A DNA stretch of 64,000 nucleotides. Origin: Camelus ferus. Its lineage: Eukaryota. Below the pieces are notes generated by a model, which was not told the origin of the DNA, made no database searches, and worked only from the letters and a program-made list of their open reading frames with translations. The position numbers were made by a program, and so were the translations under genes. Below are positions 1-13,923 of this stretch, piece by piece. The DNA lies in assembly GCF_009834535.1 (NCBI RefSeq), contig NC_045696.1, forward strand, positions 115,632,001-115,696,000, given 5' to 3'. The number at the start of each line of letters is the position of its first letter. The first letter of the stretch is position 1.

Positions 1-276
1 CAGGAATTTATCAGCAAGCATTGATGGAGAGAAAGTAGAACATGGCTAAAACCTCATTTGGGTAAGCCATCCCTAGATGAACCTCGAAATGCAAAGATAT
101 AATCATTGCCTTGGCTTGGGTTTTTCCATCCTATTTGGAAGAGTATTGCAAATTATGGTTCCCTGAATGCTTGGACTATAGACTAGAGAAGGGAAGTTAC
201 CTCTACTGTAATTCAAATTTTTGGTTTTACCTGCACCACTTAATTTAGCCCATCCAATTGTTTTGAGTTGAATACT

Positions 277-385
277 GTTATCTCTGTTTTACAAATGAAA
301 ATACTGAGGCACAAAGGACTAAATTTATTGGTCCAAAGTCAAAGGGCAAGGGTGAGGTTTCAACTCAGACTCTCTAGTCTTAGAG
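277..385 (-). mobile_element. MIR SINE fragment
   Basis: ttttacaaatgaaaatactgaggcaca is the reverse complement of the MIR core (tgtgcctcagtttcctcatctgtaaaa). Confidence 0.6.
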
Positions 386-559
386 ACGCTGGCTGATGCT
401 GTGCTGTCACGGAATCAACTCTCCTGTAGTGAGAGGCATCACTGTCTTAGATGAAAACAAACAAACAGAAAAGCAAAATAAAATAAATGAAGAAAAAAAT
501 GCACAGTTCATCACAAATTGGATGACCAAAAACACCACGGTCCTAAGATTTTGATTTAC

Positions 560-932
560 TTTTTTTTTTAAATTGAAGTACAGTCAGTTACAATGTGTCA
601 ATTTCTGGTGTACAGCACACTGTCCCAGTCATGCAGATACACACATATATTCATTTTCATAGTCTTTTTCATTAAAGGTTTTTATAAGATATTGAATATA
701 GTTCCCTGTGCTATACAGAAGAAATTTGTTTTTTATCTGTTTTTATATATGATAGTTAATATTTGCAAATCTCAGACTCCCAAATTTATCCCTTCCCTCC
801 CTCTTTCTGCTGGTAAGATTGTTTACTATGATTGTTTACTATGTCTACAAGTCTGTTTCTGTTTTGTAGATGAGTTCATTAGTGTCCTCTTTTTAATTTT
901 TTTCCTTTTAGATTCCATAAATGAGTGATATC
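560..932 (-). mobile_element. 5'-truncated young (camelid-type) LINE-1 3' end
   Basis: Poly-T at 560-569, then ttgaagtacagtcagttacaatgtgtcaatttctggtgtacagcac; reverse complement matches the L1 3' ends at 5829-6063 and 45345-45830. Confidence 0.9.
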
Positions 933-2255
933 TTTGTTTAACATATGTGAATTCCATGGATTTGGCTTTTTAATTTTTACCATTTTTAATAATCCATAAT
1001 AAATACATGCAGATACGTAGTGTGTACTTCCCTCTGTTTTTATGCAAACCCAAATTATATATATATATGTGTGTTGTAAGTATTAGACAAATGAAATAGT
1101 CATAATTATCAGTCAACAAACAAGCGTTCTGTGAATTTCTTCAAACTGTGTTTAACCTTCCAAATTAGCCATATTCACAAAATTGAATAACATCCCCATC
1201 GTCTCCTTCTCTCTTTGTTTACAAGTAGCACGCATTAAAGTTAAAATTTTATATTTGTCAGCAAATGTCTCCTGTTGTTTGAATGGTACACATTTAGAAG
1301 AGAAGTAGGTTGGATAAAATATAGCTTACTCCCATTTGGCCCAATCAGAAAGTGGAGCAACAATAATAAAAGAGAAACGTAAATTTGCTTTTTCTTAACG
1401 CATTTTGATAAAGCCTTGAAAAAGCAAGAGATCTTTCTCAGGTAAATTCTGGAAACAACTCTTTTAAATTGTGTCTTTTCTGCCTTGGAAATGTGAATCA
1501 GAAGTCAAAATCCAGATGCAGGTTCTGTTTTTACTTTATTTAAAAATATATATATATTGTTATTTAGTTGCTGAGTAAAATTTTTTTTAAGTGAGAGAAA
1601 TCAGTCAGTTCCAAAAGGTTCATTTAGTGTCTGACAATATTTCCCACACTTGCAGTGAACTATGCAGAAAAAGAGACTTGATTAGCATATGCCATTAATC
1701 ATTTAGGTAAAAGAAAAGGGGCCTTTCATTTTCAATGAGCAGGAACACAGTCGAAAATGAAGTCAAAACGAAGGGATGACGAGGAGCTTACTTATCTCCT
1801 AGAATTAAGTCTGATTTGGGGAAAAAAATATTGTGATTCCACCAGCATTCATTTACGATTATTGAAGTCATTTATTCTCTGTGGCACACAAATATATCAT
1901 TTGTCGAAATATATTGGCTTTTAAAAATGATCTTTTACTATTTATTTTCTCTGTTGAAAGAGAACATGAAACTAACCTACAAGCATATTCAATAGAAATT
2001 GTGGATATCCCGCCCCTGGAGGGGACCCTGCAGAGCTAATTTGCTTGCCACGAAAGGTGAGGGGAAACCATCAGAGTCATTGCGTGAAAGGTGCAAAGCC
2101 TGATCACTTACAGGCAAACAAATACCATTCAAACAAAATTCTAGGTTAGCCTTTGATTGGAGGGGATTTCATTAAAGATGGATACAGAAGTGGAGATAGT
2201 TCAGGTAACTATTGCAAAATTATAGGGCACTCATTACATAAAAGGATTTAATCTT

Positions 2256-2926
2256 TGTGTCAGTGAGGGTCCAGTCAGGAGCTAGAAATCACACAGTAAA
2301 CTGAACAGGGAAAGCTTAAATGCGAAGAATGATTAAATAACAATAGGAGGTTAACTACGAAGGAATAAAGAGAACTCTGAGAACTCAAGAACAGGGGATA
2401 TGGGAAGCTGTCACTACCTCCAGGGGTGAAAGAGAGTTCTTACAGAACTTACACATTTGGGAGATGTTCCCCATCCCTAACCAAAGTTGAGAGTCAGACT
2501 GTTGGTAAAAAAGGTGGCTTTTGTGCACTGAATGGCAGAGAAATTTGCAGAGGTGTCTGCAGGACGGAGTTGAAAGGCAGGAAACTGCCAGGTAGGGTGC
2601 TGGTGAGAGCCACCGAAAAGCTGCTGTTAGGAGCACTGTTAAAACTCCCTGGGAAGTCAGCCTCTGGGGAACCACTGGGAGTCACTGCAGGTGAGAGCCA
2701 ATGAGTTTCTTGTCCATCAGGTACGTGCAGAAGGAGTAGGAAAAAAGCACACCAGAACCAGGAAAAGAAGGCACTTCTCCTGTAGTGTCCATCCATGCAC
2801 ATTGTTCCTGCAAAGGGGAAGCTGCAAAGAAATGTTTCCAGGGTCCAGTTACAGTATCACAAAAGCAGAAAAAAAAAAAAAAGAGTGAATTTGGAGTTGA
2901 GAGGAAATAATCTGATAACTAAAACA
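2256..2926 (-). mobile_element. Old ERVL solo LTR (LTR33/LTR41-like)
   Basis: TG...CA termini; 5-bp TSD atctt/aactt (1 mismatch); minus strand starts tgttttagttatcagattatttcctctcaactccaaattcac, like LTR33/41 consensus starts. Confidence 0.65.
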
Positions 2927-2943
2927 AACTTCAAGTATAAGAA

Positions 2944-3293
2944 CATATGGAATTAAAAAATGATACAAAAATGACACAAATTCTACTTAACAAACCAAAA
3001 GCAGACTCACAGACGTAGAGAATATCACAGACATATGGTTACCAAAGGGGAAAGGGCAGAGGAGGGATAAATTAGGAGTTTGGGATTAACAGATACACAT
3101 TACTATTTATAAAACAGGTAAACAACAAGGTCCTACTGTATAGTACACGGAAATATATTCAATTTTTTTGTAAAAACCCATAATGGAAAAGAATCTGAAA
3201 AGAAAAAAATATATATATATGTATATGTATAACTGAATTGCTTCACTGCACAACTGAAACTAACATTGTAAATCAACTAAACTTCAATAAAAA
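2944..3293 (+). mobile_element. 5'-truncated LINE-1 3' end (artiodactyl-type, older subfamily)
   Basis: cagactcacagac...gggataaattaggagtttgggattaacagatacac...cattgtaaatcaact...caataaa; similar to 46011-46410. Confidence 0.9.
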
Positions 3294-3587
<294 letters not shown>

Positions 3588-4629
3588 TTATATTTGCATG
3601 TTTGCTTGTATACACATGAAAACTAATGTACGCTATGGACTCCATACCAAAATTTGCAACCTAGCAAAATTACTAGGATTAGCGATTCTAATCATGGATG
3701 AGTAACATTATACATGCGCAAAAATCTCATTTCTTTAGCAAATGTTCACGGAGCTAAATATATATTTGGTCTAAGTTATCTGAGCCATGTCAGTAAAAAT
3801 TATTTTAAACCAACTTCAGTATTTCTTTTTTCTATAATTGGTTCCAGCATCCATTAAGTTGACAAGGTCATAAATAGGGAATCATTCTAGAAAATTAGTC
3901 TCACTCAATCACAATAGTAAAGCAACAAACACTGTTGAAAAAAATTCATGCTTTGCATATGTCTTTAGCTATGCATTCTTCTGTCTCCCCAAGACAAGAT
4001 ACCCTCACCTCGTTCCTAGAAAATTCCAGTAGCTTTTTATCTGATTTTTTAATCATCCTGCTTTGGTGCATTTTTTTTAAAAGGCATTTAAAAATTGTGA
4101 AATATGTCTTACAAAGAGTGCATATAAAGTATGTATATACCTCAAAGAATAGTAAAATAGACATTAATGTATTCTCTATGCATTAGACCATTACCAACAC
4201 CACTGTAACCCTCCCAGCCTTGTCCTCTTCCATACAATTGCCTTTGCCAGGCCAGAAGGAACCACTTTTCTGAATGCTGAGTTAATAATTTTTTAAATAA
4301 ATTTTTAAATATATATATATATATATAAAACCATTAAAATATATATATATGCATATATATATATATGCATCTTTGAACAACAAAGTGCTTAATTGAAATT
4401 TCTAAAAAAATTATATAAATAGGATCATGGAATCATGCTCTACAACATTTTTTTTTTCTTACTTAAACTTTCATTGACAAAATTTAAATAAGTTATCAAG
4501 AAATTTGTTTGCCTGGACCAGGAGGGACTTTGTATGGATCACTAGCTTATTATATAAGTAGACATGAAACCCCTACTCAAAGCAGCTAGAGTAAGCCATG
4601 AAGATGAAACATGTTACATCTGTTATAGC

Positions 4630-5337
4630 ATGTGAGTCCCCTGCTCAAAATCCCTCAGTGGCTTTACATTGTTCACGTCCTCCTTGCTCACACATAATCT
4701 GAGTTTTCCTTCCCTCCTTTGACCATGGATCTTACATACTTTCTGTTTCAGGTATCCTGGCCTTTCTCAGTTCCTTGATTGTGACTTGCTTTTTTCTGCC
4801 TCAGGGCCTTTGCATATGATGTTCTTCAATGGGGTACTTCTCTTCCTTATTAATCTGAGTATCCTCTACTTACCCTTCAGAGTCCAATTGAACATTGCTT
4901 CAAAGAGCTCCCTTGATGTCTCTCCCAACCCTAACTCAAAACAAGACTAGGTCACTGCTACATGACTTCATTATTCTCTGTCTTTTCTCCTTGCAGTTAT
5001 TACAAATACTATAAGAAACTGAGTACTCTATTAATTACTGTGTACCTTTTTAAGATATAAGCTCCAGGAGGATAGCGTCTACATTTGCTTGCTTGCTTTG
5101 TTTCTCTCTTTCTTTCTTTCTTTCTTTTGGTGGAGGGGAAGTAATTAGGTCTATTTATTTATTTTAGAGGAGGTACTGGGAATTGAACCCGGGATCTCAT
5201 GCTTGTTAAGCATGTGCTCTACCACTGAGCTGTCCCTTCCCCTAAGTTTGTTTTTTTATGTTGTATTTCTACTGCCTCACACAGTATTTTTCAGATGGTA
5301 AGCAGTAAATAAATATTTTCAGATGAAGGAATGAATT
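4630..5337 (+). mobile_element. L2 LINE 3' region, interrupted by a SINE
   Basis: L2 motifs tgctcaaaatccctcagtggc, cctcagggcctttgca, tataagctcc; ends aaataaatattt...gaatgaat. Confidence 0.7.
5086..5242 (-). mobile_element. tRNA-Ala-derived camelid SINE (Vic-1-like)
   Basis: Reverse complement has A box (cagctcagtggtaga), B box (gggttcaattccc), the acctaattac tail motif and a (gaaa)n tail. Confidence 0.9.
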
Positions 5338-5828
5338 AAATTATTACATAGGAAGTGCTGAGTTAAAAAAGTTAAAACATTTTCACCACTGAAGATCTTT
5401 TGTGTGCCTTAATATGTTGTCAAATATTACTAGGCACTGGAAATGAGATTAAAGATAGACAAGATTTTGGGGTAAAATTTAAAACTACTTACTGATGTTT
5501 AAAATATTTTGCATCCCAACAGAATACATATGTAATTTGAAAATGGCCCAAGGATTTTCAAATTTAAGATGAAATGATATCATCCATATATCACACACAG
5601 TGACAGAGTTCTTGCTATGAGTAAGAAAAGATAGTAACAAAGAAAAAAAGGAATTGGGTCATGAATAGAATTTGGAATTTCACAGTATGCAACAGAACAT
5701 GACAATAGAAGTTGGCCCAGTGGTTGTGTTTGGTGGTGTAACTATGAGGGATACATATAACTTTATTTCATATCTTATCTTCCCAATAATTGAAGCATGT
5801 ATGTTATACTATTTAAAACAAAATCAGT

Positions 5829-6063
5829 GTTAGCCACTATATATAAAAATAGATTTTAAAAAGTTTCTTCTGTATAGCACAGGGAACTATGTTCAATATC
5901 CTGTGATAATTTTTAATGAAAAAAAATGAATACAAATATATGCATGTATATGCATGATTGCGACATTGTGCTGTGCACCAGAAATTGACACAACATTGTA
6001 ACTGACTGTTCTTCAATAAAAATAAATATGTGAATAAAATAAAATAAAATAAAATAAAATAAA
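5829..6063 (+). mobile_element. Short young LINE-1 3' end
   Basis: ttctgtatagcacagggaactat...caccagaaattgacacaacattgtaactgac...aataaa plus (taaaa)n tail; approximate TSD aaaacaaaatcagt/aaaataaaatcact. Confidence 0.9.
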
Positions 6064-7229
6064 ATCACTTAGTCCCATTATTTTCGTCCAGAAAATATGA
6101 CACTCTGCCTAAACCATCCTTATATATGTCTGTGCCCATGTATAGATATGTACATATGTATGTATTATTTTTTTTTAACTCTAAAACAGTTTCTCCAATC
6201 TCTTTCGTGGATGTGTTCTATTAACTCACATGTTTGGTCAGGAAGTGCTTACATAATTTATGAAAATCCTTTTTGGTATAATGGTAAACCCTTTTATCCT
6301 GACATACTAGAATGGGAGAATAATCCTTTAGTATTAATAGTTAAAATATTTCTATTTGGTATAAAGTTCTATTTGGTATTAATAGCCGTAGTACTTCTAT
6401 ATGCTGTCAAGTTGTGACAGATGAAATAATCTGTTTTAATATCACTTTCTTCTTTGAGTCAGGAAAAAAAGATCTCAATTCCTATAGCTTATCTTTCTGA
6501 GTCAATGTTAAGAAGAAATATTTCTTGAGGATTTTCTGTACCAGGCAGGATGCGACTTGCTGCAGAAAACATATGAATAAGTTACAGGCTATGCCTTAAT
6601 TGAAACAAATAGTCTCAGCACAAGATGTATGAGCAACGCCCAAGATTACAAGAAAGATAGCTTGGTTCCCCGCAAGGCGAGGGCAGGTGGTCATGCAAAT
6701 TTCATAGCCAGATACTTTCATTATTTTTCATGGCTCTGTCTGCATTGACTCAGATTCAAAATTTTAATGGCATTCGGATTCTCAGGATAAGAGTACCGGT
6801 TTGTGACTATCTTTTCCACTTGTGACCTCTTGGCAGCAGGCAGTTGACGAAAGGAAAGAGAATCCACCTCTGACTCTCCAGTTTGGAAGATGCATTTCTA
6901 AAAATGGGAGCTCCACCTGAATCACTGCTGTGTAATATCACTATAATCCAGGCAGAGCGGAGCTGTGCTCTCAGGATTAGTTTTTCAAGTTATCTTTCAT
7001 TCTCTTTAAGACTCCAAAGTCATGACCTTATGCCAGGGTTAGTTTCTTCCAGCTCCATTCACACATTTGCCGACCAGCTTCCCAGAGTGTAGCAAAGCTT
7101 ATGATGTCTTCCCAGTATTGACAGATGTCCACCCATCCCAACGTGCTGGCTGAGCTTTACCCTCTTTCCTCACAACTGCTTTATAGGCTGGTCCGTGCAC
7201 CATAAAGCCCGCATTTTAATACCCAGCAA

Positions 7230-7530
7230 ATAATACAGGTGAAACATGGATGAATCTCAAAGGCACTGTTAAGAGAAAGAAGCCATTGCACATTGTATGA
7301 TTCAATCCACATAAAATTCAGGACGAGGTAAAACTGGAAATTAGAACACTGACCATTTATCCATTTATGTTGGTGGGGATTGGCTGGAAGGAGCATGTGG
7401 GAATTTTGTGGGGTGATAGAAATATTTTCGTCTTGATAAGGGTTATAGTTTACTGTGTATATGCATTTACTAAAATTCACTTAAGATTTGTACATTTCAC
7501 TGCATGTAAGTTTTACCTCAAAAAAAAAAA
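7230..7530 (+). mobile_element. Old L1M (L1MB/L1MC-like) 3' end
   Basis: acatggatgaatctcaa...tgtatgattc...ggggtgatagaaatatt...cacttaagatttgtacatttcactgcatgtaagttttacctc plus poly(A). Confidence 0.8.
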
Positions 7531-8699
7531 GTGTGGTTATGCTTGTTAGGGACTGGCAAGTTTGCTTTTGAATTTGAATTTATTTGCAGATTTTCTTGAA
7601 CCTATTTTTTTTTAAATAATAGAAAACAACAGATCAAGGACCTGCCCCCCTTCTTACTATGTTACAGGTCACACCTTTAATTGTTTCATTATTATTCATA
7701 CACCGTTATGCTTTCATTCTTCCTCACAGAGTTGTTTTAATGATTATGTGATATAACGTCTATAAAACACCTAATAAAATGTGTACTAATAATTACTAGC
7801 TAGGATTACCATTGAGGTTGCTAGCAATTGGGACTTATAAAGTGCATAAAAAAGAGAAGAGGCAGATAGAGTTTATCTTGCAGAAGATCAGAGAACCGAT
7901 GTGCTGAGATATTAAGGCAGCCGTTACACAAGGGATGGGGGTCAAATTGTTAAATGTGTGAGAAATTGAAAGGCCAAGAGGGAATCTTCATTTGATTTGA
8001 CAAGCAGTTGAAATGATTATGTCAGAGAGGTTGATGAAGGCTGCAGTGCATAAGGAGTATGGTTCTGATTGTGTAAGAAAATTTTAATATTATCCTGACC
8101 AGGGGAGACCCCGTGCCTTATAGACAGCAGGTGACTGACGTCAAGAAAGACCTATGAGGAGTAGAAGGGGTTCAGAAAACTATTTGAAATGAAAAATTTC
8201 TCTTTTTCACCATAGGTCTGAAAAAGAAGTCGTCTTTCTGTGAAATGTAGTACATGAGACATGGCCAGAGTTGGTAGAGAAAAAAAAAAAAAAGACACGA
8301 AATACCAGAAAGGAGGGAGAATGCCAAGTTTATTATCATAAGGGGATCTTGCCAACAACGGAAATGTTTAAATGGAATAACACTTTGGCAAAGAGGAAAA
8401 TGAAGTCAACAGAAAACAGGGTTCGTTTTAGGTGTTACAAAGTCAAGGACGTGTGAGTCTCAGATGCGGAGCCTTGCCAGAGGTGCCCATCTGTTGGGAT
8501 TGCGTTTTAGAGGCAAAGTCACTGGATTTGTGTTTGATGAAGTCTTCAGATTTCAACTCAGGGAAGTAAGACTGAATAATTTTGTCAGGGAAACCCCTGA
8601 GCTTCTAATGGGTTTAGAATATTTTTATTCCTATGTTCCCCAAATGCTTCCATTGTATGACTTCTTCCTGGAATATTCCATCTCAGAGATTCTCAATGG

Positions 8700-8860
8700 A
8701 AAGGACATAGAATTTGGAGTCAGACGTTCCATGTGGTGAAGCCAAGCTTGAATAATTGCTTAACCTCTTTTAACCTCAATTTCCGCCTGGGTCACACTGG
8801 GGTAATAATTACATCCTCTTAAGATTTGTTTTGAGGATGAAATGAGATGATGTGTTTGAG
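8700..8860 (+). mobile_element. MIR SINE
   Basis: tttggagtcagac...cttaacctc...cctcaatttcc...tgaggatgaaatgagatgatg. Confidence 0.65.
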
Positions 8861-10224
8861 ATGCCAGACTCCTCCCACACAGTATCATGTCAAATAGTGA
8901 TAATTTCAGAATCATTCTCATTGAGAACGGGAAAGTCCTTTTAGTTTCGACAAGCCCTAGCATGTAAAATAGAACGTTTAACTCTTCTCTCCTTCAACAG
9001 AATGATGCCATTTCCTCCTTTCAATTCTATATCGCATCACCCTGCAACTTACAGTTAAAAAAATAAATTGTATCAAGTTAAACAACGGTGTGAGTGTCTT
9101 AAGATAGCATTCACTGCAAATTGCTAAAAGATCCATGAAATGCAATCAATGACCGTCTAGTAATTCTTTTGTTTTTTTTCCAGAAATTTGGGCCTATAAT
9201 GGATTATTTTTCTTTCTCAGACTCTTCCTGAAAATTTACACAGTTAATATATCTTTTTCTGACATTGCAATTTTTGCTTTACACATCCTTTTTACTTAAA
9301 ATGAAAATCAGCCAGGCAATGTAAAAGATACCCTTTCCATGAATAGAAAGAAAAAAAGTCTCTTCGGTTTATTTGCTTTCAGCTTCAAAACAAAAAATCC
9401 TAATTCCTATTAAAATATCTCGATGTGTTGTCAATGCAGTAGTCCTCAAACTTACACCTGAGTCACATGTCTGAGTTTGCTAATCTCTTCCCTGTTTTCC
9501 AAAGGTGCCTTCCTTTCTGCTGAAATAAAAAATGGGTGAGTATCACATGGGAGATGCTTGCATCTTTAATATGCCAGCACCTTCTGTCTTAGAGGCATAT
9601 TGTGCCAGATGGAATATTTCATAAACACTATAACAAACAAATTACATTAGATACCCTGGCTAGCACAGTGACACACAGCACCTTGATATAACTCAATTCT
9701 GTCTCTGTCGACATCTCAACCATTGCATTTTAAATCAGCAGTGGGATAGTCATGCACTCTCCTCTCTGAACAGAATGATAAATCTGTCCTCTATGTTTAT
9801 AAAGTATTCATCAGCCTCTATTAATTTCTTCATAGTAAGATTTATGCTAATAGTCAAACCTAAGAATGGCAAAGTAAGATTAGTTATCTCACAAAACTAC
9901 TTTTAAAAGGCAGTATCTCCTTCTGTAGGTAGTCTAAGGATTATGAAGGGAAACAATTGAAAGAAATTGGAACCATTGTTTCGGTATTAGCAGTTGAGCA
10001 AAGGAATTAATGTAGACATTTTCAAAGTGAATGTTTTAAAGAAATTATTAACTTGAAGGTTGAAGAAAAGATAAATAATTTCTCTCACAAACTATTATAA
10101 CTGCTTGGGACTTAAAGGAGGAATACATTTATTTTCAATATGTAAATGAGAGAATGACAGAAGAAAATAGTAACTGGAAAGAAAGATGATTTGTAGGAAT
10201 ATAGATATCGATTAAGGGGTGGTC

Positions 10225-10276
10225 GATGGATGGATGGATGGACAGACAGAAAGACAGATGGATAGGTAGATAAATA
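10225..10276 (+). repeat. Compound (GATG)/(GACA)/(GATA) tetranucleotide repeat
   Basis: gatggatggatggatggacagacagaaagacagatggataggtagata. Confidence 0.85.
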
Positions 10277-10498
10277 GTTGGTGCTCACCCAAACCTGAGA
10301 AATCAAGAACAGTACTTAGTTCTCCAGTTTCAGTAATAAAAGACATTCTTGCCCAGTCTAAGTGCTTAATTTAAACAAGCATTTCTAGTTTACAAGTTTT
10401 ATTATAGATGTTGTTTTAGCGATGACTTAATATCATGTTGCCAGCATTAGATTAAATACTTTAAAAAATGACTTATGCACTACAAACATGGAGTTTTG

Positions 10499-10638
10499 CC
10501 TTTTTTGTTTGTTTGTTTTATGAAGGGGAGGTAATTGGTTTTATTTATATGTTTGTGTTTGGAGGAGGCACTGGGGATTGAACCCAGGACCTCATGCATC
10601 CCTAAGCATGTGCTCTACCACTGAGCTACATCCTCCCC
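10499..10638 (-). mobile_element. Vic-1-like tRNA-Ala SINE
   Basis: A/B boxes on minus strand; 16-bp TSD caaacatggagttttg (10483-10498) / caaagatggaattttg (10641-10656). Confidence 0.92.
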
Positions 10639-11783
10639 ACCAAAGATGGAATTTTGACATCCCTTTTTCCTCCCAAAGCCCTTCCTGCCCACCATTGTCT
10701 GCCCCCTTAACTTCCAGGGGATTTGTCTGTGGGCCTGTCTCTGAACCCCAAGGATTCACAACACGTCCTCCTAACCCTACTATGAGGAGCTTCTATATGA
10801 ATATGTTTCCATTCTTAAGACAAGGTGATAATTATTTTTCTTCATGATGTGGTTTGCCTTTACAATCTAGTTTATTATGCAGTGTAGTAGAAACCAAGGA
10901 AAGCTTAGGAAATGCCTCATAAATTCACGGATTAAAATCATTGTCTTAATTGGAAACTCCTGAATCTCATGAAAGAGACAATGAAATTCATAACTGCATG
11001 GCTAAGTGTGGAAATTGATGACTTTTTTTTCAATTAGTGTACTAAAATACAGTTTCAATGGCCAGTTAATTAAAACATAAAGCGCCAGTAAACTGTAAAT
11101 CAGAAACTGTATAAATCATCATGAAAATTCCTAAAATTCTCTCCCTTTTAGCAAAATAATTTTTGAGGCAGCACACAGTTAGAAATGTGTCATCCAAGAA
11201 AATATACTCTGCAAATGAATGTAGCCAATGATACAGCAAAATACAGTAATCATGACTGTTCTTTTTGCTGACATCAATTTGCTATTTGAGAAATAAAATA
11301 TATGATTAATTTAAACTTTAGTTATCATAGTTTAATGTGACCGTCATTTAGAACAAAGAAGCTGATCGACTTGATTGATAATGGATCACTCTTTAAAATG
11401 CTTTCTATCATAAAATTACCATAACAAATTTTTAGAAATTATTGAAACATCAAAGAGAAACACTCATAATCTTAACAATCTAACATACAATTTGTATTTT
11501 TTTCAATTTTATTTCCAATTCAGCTTTTTTTCAGCATCATGCAGTCAGTCAGTTTATACACAAATGCTTTTCTTATTTTCTGTCAGATAGTCAGCATTTT
11601 GAGTTTATTAGCCTTTGTGACACTCAATTTTAATGGTTGACAAATATTCCATTCTGTGGCTTTAAACCATTTCTTTATTATTGGGCAGGGGCACTTTCTC
11701 ATCTGTAGGTTTTGTTGTAATTTGAATAGAATTATCACTTGAAAAATGGTTCTAAGAAATGGATTTTGAAGCACAAGAATTTG

Positions 11784-11818
<35 letters not shown>

Positions 11819-12262
11819 TTTTTGGTTATGCTTATTTCCTGCTAGGCCTTGAATAAGAGATACTTAGTACACATTTAAAAAAAAAATAAGTGAAAGATTA
11901 ATATTATTGTTAAAGTCTTCTTTCTCTTCTAAAAGTATTCCCCCCAAACCTCAGGAAAACTCTGGCAGTCCCAGGAAACCGAATTGGACTCCTCCTCTTG
12001 TTCATTACATGTGGCAAACTGCTTCCATTTTCCTGGCCTAGATTTTTCCAAGTGTAGTAGCGTACAGCATTAGGTCTACCTTTTGAAGGTTTTGCTGGAA
12101 CATTAAACAAGAAAATTCGTGGAAAGTACTTAGTGCCATACCAGGAAAATGGAAGTCTTGATAGCATTATCAATTCCTTAAAATCTGATGCTGATGTTAA
12201 TAACATCTACTCAGTTCTTCAATAAATAAATTCATTGAATTGCGTGTTTAGAAGTATTTAAA

Positions 12263-12418
12263 GGGGGTGGGTGTAGATCAGCGGTAGAATGTGTGCTTAG
12301 CATGCATAAGGTCTTGGGTTCAAACCCCAGTACTTCCAGTAAAAAATAAAGAAATAAAAAATTAATTTAAAAATACATAAAGAAACTTAATTACCTCCCC
12401 CCCAAAATAAAAACACAA
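12263..12418 (+). mobile_element. Vic-1-like tRNA-Ala SINE
   Basis: ggtagaatgtgtgcttagcatgcataaggtcttgggttcaaacccc; ttaattacctccccc tail; TSD aagtattta on both sides. Confidence 0.92.
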
Positions 12419-13605
12419 AAAAGTATTTATCTAAAACCACATGATTATTAAATTAATATAGTTTCGCTAAAATGTGCTGACTGAAAGTTCTCACGTGGGC
12501 TGGGCTTTTGTCCCCCCTGGATCTGGCCAGCAGTTGGGGCATCACATAACCTCTCTGGATGGCATATCCGTACAAGTGATTGAATTGGCCAAGTAGTCAA
12601 TGTGTTTCTGAGTGACGTGTGTGGCTGTAGGCATTCACATCTCACACTCCCACAGTGACATGAGGATGTCATGTGCTCCTCTCAAGCCTTAATTTGCCAA
12701 GGAATCTCTGCCTCTGAAAGCAAGGATGTGACAGCTGTCTGAGGAGGCACACAATGCAAGGGAGAAATTATACAGCTGCAAAGACAGGGCTCTGCTCTGT
12801 TATTACAGCCATCGTCATTTAATATTTATCAGGGTGTCCACAACGCGCCTTGTGCTTTACAGGCTGCAGGCGTCACCACGCCTCAGGAGAGGGAAGGCGA
12901 TGAAAGTCGGCGCACACCAAGGATGAAACAAACCCCCGGGCTCCATCAGACGTACATGTAATATTTAGAAAGATGCTCCTTATTTCTGAGTCTTGAGATT
13001 GTACACACTGGTGGGAAACATCCCATCCTGCAATGAGTGGCCTTTAAAAGGAGAAGAAAAGGCGAGATTTGAGAATCTTCTTTAGGCAACGATGCTGATA
13101 TCAAGGTAAGGTGAAAGCTATTTTGAGGGTATGCTCTTTTTCTCTCTTTCTTTCTTTTTTTCTCTAGAGGTGAAATGAGGACGGCTGATGGAAAGTCTTG
13201 TATTTCAAGTGCCACACTTAAGATGTTACATCTGAGAGCTCACTCATTTCTGGGCAGTGACCGGAAAGTAACAGTAAACAGTCCATACTGAAGCAAAGAT
13301 ATTTGGATGTGAATCAGTACTCCAAGAGAATTTATTTGATTTTATACTTCTGCTCCCACAATTTATTAATGTTTTTGATTGTAAAACTAATAGGGGAAAT
13401 AACAGAGAATATTAAAAATACATAAAGAATATAATCAAAGTTAATTCCTTGAATCCAGCATGCTTAACATTTTGCGTACTTCATTTCTGTTCAGTCGTTT
13501 TTCAATTTAGGATAAGACTTTCCTTCTGAAATGTTTAACTTTCTTTTTCTCATTAAAAGGTAAGTATTTTCTCATTAAATATTTTAACAAATGATTTCTA
13601 TTGTA

Positions 13606-13757
13606 TTTTATTTATTTATTAATTAATTTATTTATTTATTTGGGGGGGGTGCAATTAGGTTTATTTATTTATTTATGTTTAGAGGAGGCCCTGGGGATTG
13701 AACCCAGGACCTTGTGTATGCTAAGCATGTGCTCTACCACTTCAGCTATACCCTCCC
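13606..13757 (-). mobile_element. Vic-1-like tRNA-Ala SINE
   Basis: ggggattgaacccaggaccttgtgtatgctaagcatgtgctctaccacttcagctataccctccc with (ttta)n tails. Confidence 0.92.
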
Positions 13758-13880
13758 TGCCATTATTCTTTTTAATAGCTAATTAATTAAAAAAATTCTT
13801 TATGATAGATAACTAGAAAGTATATTCCTGGGACAAAAGGCACACCCATTTAAAATATTGATGGACACCAACCAATTCTT

Positions 13881-13884
<4 letters not shown>

Positions 13885-13920
<36 letters not shown>
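13885..13920 (+). repeat. (CA)18 microsatellite
   Basis: Perfect CA run. Confidence 0.97.

Positions 13921-13923
<3 letters not shown>

Noticed and set aside
13106..13167. Apparent 62-nt GT-AG intron
   Set aside because: At or below the usual minimum mammalian intron size, with no coherent flanking reading frame
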